Positions 62,801 through 64,000 of a stretch of DNA of 64,000 bases are shown here, in pieces. Origin of the DNA: Epiperipatus broadwayi (taxonomy: Eukaryota; Animalia; Onychophora). The notes beneath the pieces were generated by a model. It worked only from the letters and a program-made list of their open reading frames with translations. It did not search any database and was not told the origin of the DNA. The stretch spans positions 12,276,001-12,340,000 of the forward strand of contig JAQFVV010000008.1 of the NCBI GenBank assembly GCA_028023455.1, read 5' to 3'. The translations under genes and the position numbers were made by a program. Numbering within the stretch: the first letter of the stretch is position 1; every line of letters starts with the position of its first letter.

Positions 62801-64000
62801 AAATTCTTCTTCTCTGAGATGTGTTTTCACTACTACTAGTCTCTCAAGCTCTTCACTTTGTTTAATTCCAGCCACTTTTCTGGTTTTCTACCACCTTGCA
62901 TATTCAAATATCCAATTTTAACAATTTTCTCTTTCCTAACTACTCTTTTATAAATTCTTTTGACTCTTTCTTTTCCATTCCATTTATAAATAGCATGCTT
63001 ATTATTAATTTTACATACTCATTTCCTTCCCACATCTACATTTATATTTAAATCAGTTACACTTTGATTATTTCTTATATCACATCAATTCTTCTTTCTG
63101 ATAACACTGCAATTCAAAACCCCAGTCCCTTTATAAGTTTCCCAAACTATATTTTTTATAAATCAAACTCCCTAATACTTCACTTCCTTGTTTTCCTAAG
63201 TGCAATCCATCTTTCCTATATAACTTCCTCTTCCCAATACAAAAATCCCACCTATCCTCAGACATCACATCATTTTTCTCACACAATTTTTTTAATCTCT
63301 CATTTATAGAACATGCCCTATCTATCATATACCTATTGTCAAATCTTGGTAATAATTCAACTATTTCTACTCTTTCTTTAATCTTACTCATATTACTAAT
63401 CAATTCTATATACTCATTATTACTCTCTCCAATCACTCTGACAAATTATTTGTCCCTACCATAACATACAGATCTCTACTCTCTTGTTTCTTTACCTAAT
63501 CTGTAACTTTCCTAATTCTATCTCCAGGCAAATTAGTGAATCTCCTATCTATGCCTTATCATAGTTTACTTTCCCTACTTCATCCATAACATTCTCTTCC
63601 ACCTTCTGGACTTTCTCATCTACTTCTTCCTTATCATTTCTATTCAATAATTTCTTTATCTGCTCACACTTCATATCTAATGATTTTAATTTTGTTTCTA
63701 TATTCTTTATATCTTTCTCTATTTTACTTATTCTTTGGCTAACCATCTTCACTGCATTCCCTATTTTTTCCTCCATATCTCCTGTCACTTCACTAAAAAC
63801 ATACTCCATCCTATCTTCCTCCACTACATTTTGCTCCATTTCTCCTGATTTTCTCATTAAGCTATCTACACTTAGAAACCACTTTTCACCTCTCTTATAA
63901 CATTTACACACTGTTTACATATACCATAAACCTGCTACATCCTTCTTAGTCTTATTTAAGCATGTCAAATGATAAACCTCATCACATATGGTACACTCTA
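59830..64000 (-). mobile_element. Non-LTR retrotransposon copy 2: ORF1 (coiled-coil + SGNH esterase), ORF2 (APE-RT-CCHC); RTEX/CR1-group-like, pseudogenised
   Basis: Coiled-coil ORF 63549-63911; IGDSLI, VGTNN, LLPRFD..RACSINERL, LYRKDGLHL (SGNH). LEETHL-type APE segment; RT IKKADDRV, LLFMDNV, YNYLGI; C-terminal CKFCKEGNENIRHLLIEC. Clade assignment is tentative. Confidence 0.9.

Overview
Very AT-rich eukaryotic DNA, most likely from an invertebrate animal (inferred from spliced exons, RTE and esterase-bearing LINEs, Buster/Tip100 hATs and a Tigger fragment). The only host gene I can support is the 3' end of a Deltex/DTX3L-like E3 ligase (two exons, 1148-1365 and 5229-5298, + strand). Its DTC domain appears to lack the His/Glu catalytic pair known from human Deltex proteins. 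The rest is largely decayed mobile DNA: a ~3 kb Buster/SPIN hAT with TIRs and TSD, several LINE relics, MITE-like palindromes and a tRNA-Gly pseudogene. The most striking signal is about 11 minimal type I hammerhead ribozyme (HHR) motifs in two dispersed, non-coding repeat families with ~250-455 bp monomers. They occur as tandem monomers, as head-to-head palindromes, as inverted-plus-direct arrays with a shared breakpoint, and as TSD-flanked insertions, which fits retrozymes or Penelope-like pLTR elements. One subfamily has a recurrent non-canonical A.A at the base of stem II. A third family has the same architecture but no recognisable ribozyme. Every HHR copy carries at least one defect, so present-day activity is not shown. 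All homology calls are by eye, without database searches.
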